DNA from: Octopus vulgaris
Taxonomy: Eukaryota
Direction of reading: 5' to 3'
NCBI GenBank assembly: GCA_951406725.2
Contig: OX597818.1
Location: forward strand, 139,376,001 to 139,440,000
DNA: 64,000 nt
The position numbers and the translations under genes were made by a program. The notes under the pieces are model-generated. The model saw only the letters and a list, made by a program, of their open reading frames with translations, did no database searches and was not told the DNA's origin. This document shows, in pieces, positions 1 through 11,938 of this stretch (positions are counted from its first letter, which is position 1; the number at the start of each line of letters is the position of its first letter).

Positions 1-234
1 GGCCAGGGCAGGAACTTTTCTAGAAGGCGCGCAACTGGTATTTTTGTATTGTCTACACGATACAATGGTTGTTTCCTATTCGTATGAAGGACATCATGCT
101 AATTCTTTCCTGTCGAGTGACAGCGTAGATAGTCTCAATTTAGATCTAATATCACGAAAGACCCCTTAGCTTGGATTGATATTTTTATTGACTTAAAAAA
201 AGCAAAGGCAAAGTTACATCAATCACCATTCGTG

Positions 235-590
235 CAACTGGTACATATTTCATTGGCCTTGAAATGACTAAAAGCAAAGTCGAACTCGGCGGTATTTGAA
301 TTCAGAATGTAAAGACGGATGAAATGTAGCTAATCATTTTGTCCGGCATGTTAATGAGTCTGCCAGCTCGCCGCCTTACAAAGTCCAGTTATACTGATTT
401 CAAATTTCGGCACAAGGCCAGCAATTTCGGGAGAGGGAGGAAGTCTGTAACATCGACTCTGGTGCTCAAGTGCTACTTATTTCATCGACCCCCAGAAAGC
501 GAATTTGATCTCGGCAGCATTTTCAACTCAGAATGTAAAGACGGACATTTTGTCCGTCGTGCGAAAGATACTGTCAGCCCACCACCTGAT
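235..590 (-). mobile_element. Two degenerate copies of SINE family A
   Basis: Reverse complement of the family A head (tgccagctcgccgcctt at 361-377) and core (aaagtcgaactcggcggtatttgaattcagaa). A second, more decayed copy lies at about 405-590. Confidence 0.75.
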
Positions 591-1204
591 AAACCCTAGT
601 AAAAATGTAAAACAAAATGTATCTTATATTTCACAACACAAATATAGGCCCAAATCTTGTTCTTGTTGCTTCATAGCACCAGGTTTTTCTCCTATCGAGC
701 AAGCCGATGATCAAAAGCATTTTAGCCATGACTACCCTGTGATTATATATTTCGTATTTCAAAGATTAAGATTATCTATTGTGCTCTTCATTTATTCCCA
801 AAACGTCGGAGGTGAGGTGTGACTTAAGAAAATTTGGCTGTTATTTTAACAGGTCTGTTGACTTCATATAGGCTCTATCTTTGCCTCGATTTTACACGCT
901 AGTTTCCTTCGACAGTAACACGCCATAAAATATACATATTTCTAGGAAGCAAAGCCAAAGCGCAGCTGCTGCATCTAACTTCTGTTGAATGATACACATC
1001 TAGAAACATCACACTTCATTCATACAGTGAATCTAACAGAATCTGTGCATAGAGTTCTATATACGTGTATGTGTGTGTGTATGTGTGTGGACTTATGTGT
1101 GCGTATGAGCACTGGTGAGGTTTTCAGTGCTGATAAATATTAAATTGCTCTTGTTATTTAAACTATTTTATTGTCCGTCAGTATGCCTGTCAATCTGTCA
1201 GCCT

Positions 1205-1261
1205 ATATGTATGTATATATGTATGTATGTTGGTATATATGTATGTACGTATATATGTATG

Positions 1262-1322
<61 letters not shown>

Positions 1323-1515
1323 ATATATGGATATGTATGTATACATATCTATACATGCCTGCGTAAGGTACGTTGCAACTATGTTTGCTTGCATATATAT
1401 GTATGTATGTATATCTACGCGTGTATATATATATACTTGTGTTTTTGTGTGTAATATATATGTATATATGCGTGTGTGTATGTATGTATGTGTATATGTA
1501 AATGTTTGTATATGT
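1205..1515. repeat. Compound (TATG)n/(TA)n microsatellite
   Basis: Direct reading. It explains the YVCM/IYIY ORFs here. Confidence 0.95.
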
Positions 1516-1549
1516 GGCAAGAGACACAAAACAATCACGTGAGACTTAC

Positions 1550-1630
1550 GTGCCAAGAAAAAGGTAAATTGAATCAAAGATAGCAAAACAGACAATGGAG
1601 AAGCACTTATGTTATTATATATCTGAACTT
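1550..1630 (-). CDS. Candidate 81-nt symmetric (phase 1-1) exon of an unidentified minus-strand gene
   Basis: Minus strand reads tcgtccttacttatctcag|AAGTTCAG...TTGGCAC|gtaagt. One frame is open: xVQIYNNISASPLSVLLSLIQFTFFLA. No homology recognised. Confidence 0.25.
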
Positions 1631-1788
1631 CTGAGATAAGTAAGGACGATAATTAAAGTTTCCATGCGCAAAGCAACACAACAATTCTCTGTTTTTATTT
1701 ATGCAACGTGTCGACCTAAAGTAGTCGTCAACCCAAAACACAAACAATGTTTGAGTCAGGATTTGAACTCGAAATCTTTTATGTATAT

Positions 1789-2020
1789 ATTTCTTTACTA
1801 CCCACAAGGGGCTAAACACAGAGGGGACAAATAAGGACAGACAAAGGGATTAAGTCGATTACATCGACCCCAGTGCGTAACTGGTAGTTAATTTATCGGC
1901 CCCGAAAGGATGAAAGGCAAAGTCGACCTCGGCGGAATTTGAACTCGGAGCGCAACGACAGACGAAATACGGCTACGAATTTCGCCCGGCGTGCTAACGT
2001 TTCTGCCAGCTCGCCGCCTT
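1789..2020 (-). mobile_element. Full-length SINE family A
   Basis: Head aaggcggcgagctggcagaaacgttagc, B-box-like gagttcaaattcc, core gaggtcgactttgcctttcatcctttcgggg and tail gccccttgtgggtagtaaagaaat. Probable TSD aaatcttttat. Confidence 0.9.
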
Positions 2021-2495
2021 AAAAATCTTTTATTTATAATAGATGAAGTTTAATGTGTCCTAATTCAGTATGCTTGCAAATTTGGACATTTGTACATTTA
2101 GTTTAAGCAAAAAGGAAAGAAAAAAATGAACGCAGTGCGCTATTCCGACTTCTTACGTTCTGAGCTCAAATCTCGCCGATGCCAATGGTTCTTTCCATAT
2201 CTTCGGTGACTATAAAGTAAGGTACTACACGAGTATTGGGTTTGTTGTATCCATAGATTTCCTTCACTAAATTTCAGGCCTTGTACCAATATTTGAAACG
2301 ACTACTACCGTTTGTTTTGTAATAAGAAAGTTAACTGTGAATCCCAGCGCTATGATGTAGATTTTAAGAAATCGAGTATCATCTAATCGGTTGTTAGTTG
2401 AGATCATCAAAAATCCTTTCTGTGGAAGTTCAAGTTACGTAGAAAGGTTCTATAAAAATTATTGTTACGACTAATAAAGTTATGCTAACACATTT

Positions 2496-3312
2496 AGGCG
2501 CAGACGTGGTTGTATGGTAAGAAGGTTGCCTTTAAGGCGGCGAGCTGGCAGAAACGTTAGCACGCCGGGCGAAATGAGTAGCCGTGTTTCGTCTGCCGTT
2601 ACGTTCTGAGTTCAAATTCCGCTGAGGTCGACTTTGCCTTTCATCCTTTAGGGGTCGATTAAATAAGTACCAGTGACGCACTGGGGTCGATGTAATCGAC
2701 TTCATCCGCTTGTCTGTCCTTGTTTGTCCCCTCTGTGTTTAGCCCCTTGTGGGTAGTAAAGAAATAGGTATTTCGTCTGCCGCTACGTTCTGAGTTTAAA
2801 TTCCGCCGAGGTCGACTTTGCCTTTCATCCTTTCGGGGTCGATTAAATAAGTACCAGTTACGCACTGGGGTCGATTTAATCGACTAAATCCGTTTGTCTG
2901 TGCTTGCTTGTCCCCTCTGTGTTTAGCCCCTTATGGGCAGTAAAGAAATAAGAAGGTTGCCTCTCAACCACATGATTCCAGGTTCAGTCTCACTGTGTGG
3001 CATCTTGGGCAAGTGTCTTCTACTATAGCGTTGGGTCGACCAAAGCCTTGCGAGTAAATTTGGTAGTCGGAAACTGAAAGAAGCCTGTCATAAGTATGTC
3101 TACGTGTGGGTGTCTTTGTACCTGTGATTGATTCCCCCACTTCTTGACAACCAGTGTTGGCGTGGTTAATCACGTAATTTTGCGCTTAGGCGAATGAGAT
3201 CGATTTATAAGTACAAACTTTTAAAATAATACTGGGATCGATTCATTCGACTAAAATTCTTCCAGGCAGAGCCCCAGTATGGCCGCAGTCTAATGACTGA
3301 AACAAGTAAAAG
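2496..3312 (+). mobile_element. SINE family B (tRNA head plus CORE-like ttgggcaagtgtc domain) interrupted by a SINE A dimer
   Basis: Head ggcgcagacgtggttgtatggtaagaagg resumes after the insertion and matches the well-preserved copy at 62270-62671. Confidence 0.85.
2532..2948 (+). mobile_element. SINE family A partial tandem dimer with 14-bp TSD
   Basis: TSD taagaaggttgcct at 2518-2531 and 2949-2962. The second unit restarts at ggtatttcgtctgcc, about 2767. Confidence 0.9.
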
Positions 3313-3965
3313 GTATACTTATACTTATATGTTACTCTACGTTAGACTTGCACAGCTTCTACCATTGACGAACCTTGAATTTCTGCACCAGTAGACTTTT
3401 TTTAAAGACTGCAGACAGCCATAAGCTGGTGTTGAGTACAGCATTGAAAAATCAGCAATTCTCTACCCTGTCGGGTAAGAACATTTTTTCCTTTGGTACC
3501 CGACAAAATGCAATCAATGTGTCTATAAAACAATTTCAAGAATCATAAAATCAGACGCCTGGAGATAGGGAAAGAGAAAATTTACTTTGAGGAGTCCTTC
3601 TCACAGACTTAGCTTTCAGGAAATGGCATTATTCCAGTCTACGTAACTGTATTTAATACGTTTTTCGTTTAATTTTAATTTACACAATATGAGACCGTTA
3701 TAATCTCTCTCACACTCTTTTTTTTTTCTCGGTATATAAATACGTATGCATAATTAAACTGCTGAGACAGCGCACGTCTGCGTATGTGTGTGTGTGTGTG
3801 TGGATAAATTGTGTTGGGAATAAATTCACAAGCGTACGCTTGACTGTGTAGATAGAACCGTGCGATAAAATACAAGGATTTCTCAGGAGAGGCCACCCAA
3901 GAAAAGCTCGATTAGTTTCCAGTGGTTATCGCATGCCGTCTTATCAACAGAGACTACACGTGTTC

Positions 3966-3967
<2 letters not shown>

Positions 3968-4030
<63 letters not shown>

Positions 4031-4165
4031 AAAGACAGAGAGAGAAAGAGCGAGAGAGAGTGGAAGAGAGGAGGAGAAAAAGAAAGAGAGTAACAAACAA
4101 CGAGTGAGAGAGAAAGAGAGAAAGAAAGAAAAAAGAAAGAGAGAGAGAGAGAGAGAGAGGAGGGA
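3968..4165. repeat. (GA)n microsatellite and GA-rich tract
   Basis: Direct reading. Confidence 0.95.
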
Positions 4166-4737
4166 GACGGAATTAGCATAGTTACTTATTCAAAATGCAC
4201 ACTTACACACACATAATCACACACACATAATCACACACACATAATCACACACACATAATCACACATCATTTATACATGTATACACACAGGCACACATACA
4301 TTCATGCACACATGTGTGACGTATGTGAACGTAGGATAGGTTGTGAATGGGTAGAAAATTGGTGTATTTCCTATGCAGTACTCAATGAAACCTCAGCTAT
4401 CTTAATTCTTATATTGCAGCTTTGAGAAACTCCATGTACATCACTGTTAAAAGGCTCGACGTACAGAGAATAAAAATGACATCAAGAATTAAAGGGTTTG
4501 AAGAAGCGTAGTGCAACCTCTTTCATCCTTGATATCATTTCCATTCTGTATACGTCGGACCATTTTGTATGTAAACATTTATATATACATTTTTGTATTT
4601 AATATATTTAATATTTTTGTAAATCAACCCTCCTAACTTGTTTATCCTTACATTTCATCCTCTCCCCGCTCAAGTTTAAACCTACTGAGCACTACTAAAT
4701 GTATTCTATACAGAGAATATCTGATTCTCATGTAGGA

Positions 4738-4776
<39 letters not shown>

Positions 4777-4777
<1 letters not shown>

Positions 4778-4947
4778 TTTCGGAATAGTCATATTGCCAG
4801 TTTAGCCAATAAAAACACACTCACTATATATTTGGTGTTATTTTGCTTCAGTTTTATTTATTTTTTACATTAATCTTAATCTGATATATATATATTATAG
4901 TGCGTGTGTTTTTATTGGCTAAACTGGCAATATGACCATTACGAAAT
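4777..4947. repeat. 52-bp inverted repeat between TA tracts (Penelope-like terminal sequence)
   Basis: Arms 4777-4828 and 4896-4947 with 3 mismatches. The same family occurs at 57259-57313. Confidence 0.85.
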
Positions 4948-5056
4948 ATAACAATATCTGTTTCAACACACGACTTCACATAAAAAATCTTGCACAACAA
5001 ATATTTAAACGTACTATATATATACATAGTTCTGCATATAATATTTTGCTTTGACG

Positions 5057-5127
5057 ATCACACTGACGAGTTGCGGACATCTACGTAAGTGATTACGTAA
5101 GTGGTAACAACGAAACTGGTTTGTGAT
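5057..5127 (+). ncRNA. Type I hammerhead ribozyme motif with minimal helix III
   Basis: atcaca-CTGACGA-gttg...caac-GAAAC-tg-GTT-tgtgat: 6-bp helix I, 4-bp helix II, intact core. Confidence 0.75.
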
Positions 5128-5550
5128 TAATCTGTATGTGTTGTATCTTTTCATTTGTCTTGCTCGCTTACATTCCGGCGTTTGATAAATTTTCTTGAGA
5201 ACATTCCTTTCTTAGTGGTAAGACCATAGGGAGGCGACTTCTAGCATAATGGATGTCCACTTAGGGGTCATTCCCTCTTATATGTATGTAATATAATTTT
5301 TCTTTTTTAAATGGTTTTAAATTGATATTAGTCAGATTAATATTCAATTTTTCACCCTTATTATTTTAAATTTATGTATATATTTCTAGCAATGCTGGTG
5401 TTCTCTGCACCCTTGGTCACTCTTAGTGACGGTGAATTATTTCCTTTTCGGTTTTAAATTGCGTCTAGCCACCTTAATTATTATTATTATTATTATTGTT
5501 ATTATTATTATTATTATTACTATATAAATATATGTGAGTGTCTGTGTGTG

Positions 5551-5554
<4 letters not shown>

Positions 5555-5582
<28 letters not shown>

Positions 5583-5730
5583 TGTATGTATGTATGTATG
5601 TATGTATGTATGTATGTATGTATGTATGTATGTGTGTGTATGTATGTATGTATGTATGTATGTATGTATCTATCTATCTATCTATCTATCTATCTACCAT
5701 CTCTCTCTCTCATACACACACACATATACA
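5555..5730. repeat. (TATG)n/(TATC)n microsatellite
   Basis: Direct reading. Confidence 0.95.
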
Positions 5731-5983
5731 AATGAGAAAGAGAGATGACAAAGGAATAAAAGAATGTTCGTGTGATAGTCAATTATTCGTTGTCATCTCT
5801 CTTACCGTTCTATACTCACCCAACACTTCGTACTGAAACATACGTATGTGGAATTGTACATCGGGTTGTTGGTCTCGCAATGCCTAAGCAAAGTATTAAA
5901 TCATATACATACACACCTATATATATATATATATATACTTCTGCATATATATATATATATATATATATTTATTATATAGAAGG

Positions 5984-6034
5984 AGCTTCTACAGGACTAG
6001 AACTGTTTCATTCAAGAGAAATCTTCAGGAAGCT
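5984..6034 (-). ncRNA. Type I hammerhead ribozyme motif (mirror copy in the palindrome)
   Basis: Exact reverse complement of 6205-6255. Confidence 0.78.
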
Positions 6035-6204
6035 AGTTAACAAGAATTGTATTGGCATTTATACATTTAGGCAGGTTTAAAGGGGTGTTGGTGGGGGACT
6101 TTTTGGGCGTAGGCATAGCGCTATGCCTACCCCCAAAAAGTCCCCCACCAACACCCCTTTAAACCTGCCTAAATGTATAAATGCCAATACAATTCTTGTT
6201 AACT

Positions 6205-6255
6205 AGCTTCCTGAAGATTTCTCTTGAATGAAACAGTTCTAGTCCTGTAGAAGCT
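6205..6255 (+). ncRNA. Type I hammerhead ribozyme motif
   Basis: agcttc-CTGAAGA-tttc tctt gaat-GAAAcag ttctagtc ct-GTA-gaagct. Helix I is 6 bp, helix II is ttc/gaa, helix III is acag/ctgt. Predicted cleavage after A6249 (GUA). Confidence 0.78.
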
Positions 6256-6338
6256 CCTTCTATATAATAAATTAATTTTACTCTGCTATGTATTGAGTAC
6301 CTTATTTACTGTGGTTAACCCCGAATCAACCCGGGACC

Positions 6339-6400
<62 letters not shown>

Positions 6401-6569
6401 AATTGAGATAGGGGTTGTAAATGCAACCCTCCATGGGATAACATATATCCAATATACTGCTAGTGAAGTACCCAACAAAGTTAATACATAAATGTTAAGG
6501 ATTGCGATGCAACCAATTCATTTACTGTATTATATGGGCAAAGGTAAAATGATTTACCACAAATTACTA

Positions 6570-6865
6570 ATACAAGATAAGAAAATGGAGAAATACATCT
6601 AAATCAAATATCAATTACCAGATAATACTCAATGACATACTTTATTAAACCACCACATAAGAGACTGTAGGGTTAAACATAAAAAAGCAGAACAAATCAG
6701 TGTATATAAATGAATGTACATAAAAAAGTGTACATAAAAGAGTGATGTTGTATAATAAGTAGAATATATATAAAAAAGAGAATGTGGTGGTTTAATAAAG
6801 TATGTGATTGAGTATTATCTGGTAATTGATATTTGATTTAGATGTATTTCTCCATTTTCTTATCT

Positions 6866-6870
<5 letters not shown>
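6570..6870. repeat. 89-bp inverted repeat in an island between (TA)n arrays
   Basis: Arms 6570-6658 and 6782-6870 with one mismatch and a 123-bp spacer. Confidence 0.92.
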
Positions 6871-6913
<43 letters not shown>

Positions 6914-7117
6914 AATACATATATATGCAATAGTACTTGTATATAACTTTGCGTATGTATATAAATACACAGACACAGACACACGCACACATAACATGGG
7001 TAATAACCATGCTCTTGTTGACCAAAATTTGTCAACTTTGGTATATCCTCAACACAGGTTATTTACACTGTGCTACTAGTAACACATTTTAATACTGAAA
7101 GTGCGAGAGAAAGAAAG

Positions 7118-7176
<59 letters not shown>

Positions 7177-7429
7177 GAGAAAATTCCCGGAAAAACGTGA
7201 CGAAAATATGTCACAGGAAATCTTTAATAAATGACTGATTTAATGCATTGTTTGGATATGTCATTGTTTTATTGAAGATATTGAATAAAAATTGATTTTT
7301 CATATGCACTTGATGGCATTTTAAAAACAGGCAAAAAGCAGCGCCCTCCGGGTCGTTTTCTAGTGGCAGTTTTCCTAAAAATATGCGTACATATGTACTT
7401 TTATACGTACTCCCCTATATACGAGTGTT

Positions 7430-7585
7430 TATACTCTTTACTCTTTTACTCTTTAACTTGTTTCAGTCATTTGACTGTGGCCATGCTGGAGCACCGCCTT
7501 TAGTCGTGCAGATCGACTCCAGGACTTATTCTTTGTAAGCCTAGTACTTATTCTATCGGTCTCTTTTGCCAAACCGCTAAGTTAT
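7430..7585 (-). mobile_element. SINE family B 3' fragment
   Basis: tgtttcagtcatttgactgtggccatgctggagcaccgcc matches the tail of the 62270-62671 copy. Confidence 0.8.
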
Positions 7586-7735
7586 ATATATATATATGTA
7601 TATATATATATGTGTGTGTGTGTGTGCGTACGCGCGATACTGCGGGTCAGGAATGCGACTTCATTTCAGAATTTATTTGTTGCAGTCATCATTCGTGGAT
7701 GCTCCCTATAATCTGCAACGCGGATCGAAACCATC

Positions 7736-7767
<32 letters not shown>

Positions 7768-8428
7768 GCTTTCTTTCATTCTTTCTTCCTTTCATTCTTT
7801 CTCTTTCTCTCTCTATTTTTCTTGACATTCATATATATGTATGCAGACACACGTAGACATACACATTTACCACAGTGTCTGTACATGCATTGGAATACAT
7901 TTGGCAAGGTGTTCTCAGTTACTTAAAGGCATTAGTGGTTGGTGTGAGGGAAATTTGGCTACTACGTTTTGCAGGCTGAACCCTCACAGAAACCTTCTTT
8001 CTTGTGTTTTAGACAAAACCTTCTGGCCCAATACTCTATCAATTCTGTCGATCAACTGTGCTCGACTAGAACTTTAATCTTGAAAGGATGATAGGCATAC
8101 CTAACCTTGCCTGGATTTGAACTCGAAGATCAGATAAAAAGGACCAATACGACAAGGCATTCTATCTGGCATTCTAACGAGTCTACCAATTCGCCGTCAT
8201 CACCATCTCGCTTTTCCCTCTGACACGCATACACATGAATATACATATGTAAATGCGTGCGCACACATGTACATATGTACGTATGTATGTATGTATCTAT
8301 GTATGTATGTAAAAAAATGGCTATACATCTATGGATACAAAGGAATTGGCACACACCGCCATACTGTTATTGACATCAGGAAGCCGAATACTGTGGACGG
8401 GCTTTAAACAGCTTACTACAAGGTGTAT

Positions 8429-8817
8429 GTGGAGGCGCAATGGCCCAGTGGTTAGGGCAGCGGACTCGCGGTCATAGGATCGCGGTTTCGATTCCCAGAC
8501 CGGGCGTTGTGAATGTTTATTGAGCGAAAACACCTAAAGCTCCACGAGGCTCCGGCAGGGGATGGTGGTGATCCCTGCTGTACTCTTTCACCACAACTTT
8601 CTCTCACTCTTACTTCCTGTTTCTGTTGTACCTGTATTTCAAGGGGCCGGCCTTGTCACTCTCTGTGTCACGCTGAATATCCCCGAGAACTACGTTAAGG
8701 GTACACGTGTCTGTGGAGTGCTCAGTCACTTACACGTTAATTTCACGAGCAGGCTGTTCCGTTGATTCGGATCAACCGGAACCCTCGTCGTCGTAACCGA
8801 CGGAGTGCTTCCACTCC
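8429..8817 (+). mobile_element. Full-length tRNA-derived SINE family C with 11-bp TSD
   Basis: A box tggcccagtgg, B box ggtttcgattcc, TSD acaaggtgtat at 8418-8428 and 8818-8828. A close copy lies at 48747-49109. Confidence 0.92.
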
Positions 8818-9179
8818 ACAAGGTGTATACTTGAATATAAAATTATTAATTATATATACGTATGAGAGAATCAATTATGAATGTGTGTACTTGTGTGTGC
8901 CTAAAACCCAACTAACCCAAGCATTATTGGTGGAGAGCCCTTTACAAGACTGAATGAAGAATCAGCGTTATCGGAATTCAAATCACATTGAACAAACTAT
9001 GATCGTAGGCACTCAAGCCTGCTGTGCCCATTCATGATTTTAAAGCTATTTGTCTCTGTATTAACTAGTGCGTTCGTCCAAATTTTGAAAATTAAGACAG
9101 AGAGTGAGATAATGAAAGAAATTTCATATCACAGCAAACAGGTCTGCAAATAGCATATAAACCGGATTGACATCATGCT

Positions 9180-9242
9180 TACTACCACCACCAACACCAC
9201 CACCACAACAACAACTACTACTACTACTACTACTACTAATAC

Positions 9243-9312
<70 letters not shown>

Positions 9313-9315
9313 ACA
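9180..9315. repeat. Compound trinucleotide repeat (CAC/CAA/TAC/TGC)
   Basis: Direct reading. Confidence 0.95.
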
Positions 9316-9420
9316 GCCGATGTTGATGCTGCTGTTTTTGCTTTGGACACGTAAATATATAATCAGATAAAGACAAACATACATTTATACAGTTTCCTTA
9401 CCGTACAGAAATTTGATTCT

Positions 9421-9445
9421 TCTCTCTCTCTCTCTCTCTCTCTAC

Positions 9446-9522
<77 letters not shown>

Positions 9523-9587
9523 AACTTTCCCTATGTATGCACATACTTGCATTTCTATACCTACACATACATTTTAACTCGAATATA

Positions 9588-9640
<53 letters not shown>
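9421..9640. repeat. (TC)n, (TATC)n and (TA)n microsatellites
   Basis: Direct reading. Confidence 0.95.
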
Positions 9641-10278
9641 GCCTTCATACATACATAAATAGATAGATACATACATATATACATACATACATATATATGC
9701 ACACGTACATAAGATGTTTGTGTGTAAATACATGTAGAAATAGTGGTATATATATGCATAGTACGCATATATATGTGTATACATATCGCAGATATATATG
9801 TATAAGTATGTGTGCGTGTATATAAACACGCATATATATATATTATATTTCTAACATGATTGATCTCTTCAGAGTAGGTTTTCCGATTATATTTCGAATA
9901 AATATTGTCTTTAGATGCTCTATTGAGAGTATGTGCAACCAATTATATTTCCATAAAGTACGTACATACATACATACATGTTTAAGAACATGTGCCCCCT
10001 CACAGATACACGCATGCATACATGCATACATGTATATATACATATGTACACACATGCATTCATGCGTATGTACGAACACATACAAACATATAATCACATA
10101 CACGCACAAACCTACACACACACGCACGTACACACACATTCAAATTTATCTGCCCGCGTGAAATGTTGATGTAGACCAAGACAACCTGTTATTAAATACT
10201 AGCAATTACAGCTCAAAGTGTTGAGTTCTATACGACTCACCGAGTCGTATACTTACATACATTTTCATGTTTTTATAT

Positions 10279-10322
<44 letters not shown>

Positions 10323-10649
10323 GAGTGTGCGTATATGTTTGTATATGCGCTTGTATATATGATATGTATGTGTCTGTGTTTCAGTGTGTGTGTGTGAAAA
10401 AATGTATATTCATGTGTATGTATATACACTCACGCAAATATATCCACAGTCTTAAAAGTTTGCTGAGAGCTCGGCGAATGTCTACTTGTAACTGTTAAAC
10501 TAGGAGATATGATGCTGATATCAACCCTCTGAGAATCCTTTCCTGAGTGAGTCGATTATAACAGTGAACAGTTATTCAACCATCTTTTGGTTTTTGTAAC
10601 CCAATGCTTAATGATCATCTAGTGGTGATAATTATGTAGAGTTTTAAAC

Positions 10650-10850
10650 CTGCGAGCTGGCAGAATCGTTAGCACACTGGACAAAATGTTCAGCAGCATA
10701 TCTCCTGCTCTTTTCGTTCTGAGTTCAAATTCCACCGTGGTCGATTTTGCCTTCCATCCCTTCGGATTTGATAAAATACGTATCAGAAGTGTACTGGCGT
10801 CGAAGTAATAGACTTTTCCCTCCCCCGGATTTGTTGTCCTTGGCATTGAC
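10650..10850 (+). mobile_element. Older SINE family A copy
   Basis: gcgagctggcagaatcgttagc head and gagttcaaattcc...gtcgattttgccttccatcc core. Confidence 0.8.
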
Positions 10851-11021
10851 AGCATATATATATATTTAATTTCATTTGTTAGGGAATAAAAATTCCGGCA
10901 TAACAGGGGTTCAAATTATTCTCAATGAAGAAATATATATTTTCATTTAGAGATAGTATGCTCCTTCATCTCACCATATAAAAAGTAATTTTTATTTTAA
11001 ATACCTACTATTTTATAACTT

Positions 11022-11116
11022 GGCTACGCGTGTTTCATGAGGTACATTTCCCGGTTCCTAAACCACTCCGTGTTTTGCTAGAGCCATTCTTAAAATATAA
11101 CCCCAATCATCAGGCC
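11022..11116 (-). ncRNA. Type I hammerhead motif with long helix II insertion
   Basis: Minus strand: ggc-CTGATGA-ttggggt...acctcat-GAAAC-acgc-GTA-gcc, with a palindromic acgcgt at helix III. Confidence 0.65.
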
Positions 11117-11129
11117 TCTAAATCTCCTA

Positions 11130-11290
11130 CTCATCGTTCTCCTTGTTTCTCTCCTTGTTTTTTCTGTGTCCCTTTCTGTAGAAGGGCGTAGGCTCGAAAC
11201 GTAAAAGACTTTTTCTATTTCTATTTCTACATCTGTTTGTTTTGTACACCACCTGTCTTCGTCCTTTGATTTTTTCGTAAACTCCCTCTC
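11130..11290 (+). mobile_element. Short microsatellite-abutting element with minimal hammerhead-like motif (family H, variant core)
   Basis: cttt-CTGTAGA-agggcgtaggctc-GAAACGTA-aaag at 11172-11207. Homologous to 43533-43690 on the minus strand. Confidence 0.7.
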
Positions 11291-11405
11291 TCTCTCTACT
11301 CTCTCTATATATATATATATATATACATAGTATCAACGTATTATATATCCGAGAAAGAAAACAAAATACAAACATTCTAAAGTATAGAGCAGCTATGTAT
11401 TTATT

Positions 11406-11673
11406 TGTAGTTAAGTCTATAGCCAGTCATAGATTGACCAATTGTTTCGCATCCACTAAGGGCTTAGCCCCGTGGACGGCTTGTCAGTCTCTAAAGCCGA
11501 AGACAAATGTAACTCTTCATCCTCGTTTATTATATGTGATCTCATTGGGCTATATACCCTGGACACTCTTTTATTATATGGGAAGACTTACATTTGTCTT
11601 CGGCTTTAGAGTCTGGCGAGCCATCTACGGGACTAATCTGGTCTTCTAATGACTGGACATAGACTTAACTACA
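11406..11673. mobile_element. Foldback/MITE-like element with long imperfect inverted arms
   Basis: Termini tgtagttaagtctat...atagacttaactaca, inner arms ctctaaagccgaagacaaatgtaa and ttacatttgtcttcggctttagag. Confidence 0.8.
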
Positions 11674-11689
11674 TATGTATATAGTTCAA

Positions 11690-11880
11690 ATTTACAGAAA
11701 GGAAAAGACGAAGAGAGGCGAGGAACAATAAGCGGATGCAACGGTTTGACGCTCAGAACGAATAGAACGATCTTTGACATTTCGAGCATACGCTCTTCGA
11801 CAGAGAGGGTTGAGAGTAAAACAATGGAATGGTAACAAAAAAGGAAAAAATAAATAAATAAAACGGTAAGTGAAAAAAAT
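11690..11880 (-). mobile_element. Family H element with degenerate minimal hammerhead
   Basis: Minus strand: ctct-CTGTCGA-agagcgtatgctc-GAAATGTC-aaag at 11772-11807. Confidence 0.6.
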
Positions 11881-11938
11881 GTGTAGGGATTAACGGTTCA
11901 CACACATAAATGCATAAACACACTTGTATATAATCAGA

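Larger units (their letters stand above)
5967..6272. repeat. 306-bp spacerless palindrome
   Basis: Arms 5967-6119 and 6120-6272 centred on ggcatagc|gctatgcc, with one mismatch (6108/6131). (TA)n abuts the left arm and follows about 70 bp after the right arm. Confidence 0.97.

Noticed and set aside
8429-8505. tRNA-like sequence with A and B boxes
   Set aside because: It is the head of a SINE with TSD and a second copy, and has no complete cloverleaf.
9124-9384. Poly-Ser/Leu/Val ORFs resembling membrane or low-complexity proteins
   Set aside because: Trinucleotide microsatellite with no splice or homology support. The same applies at 23680-24021 and 60312-60645.
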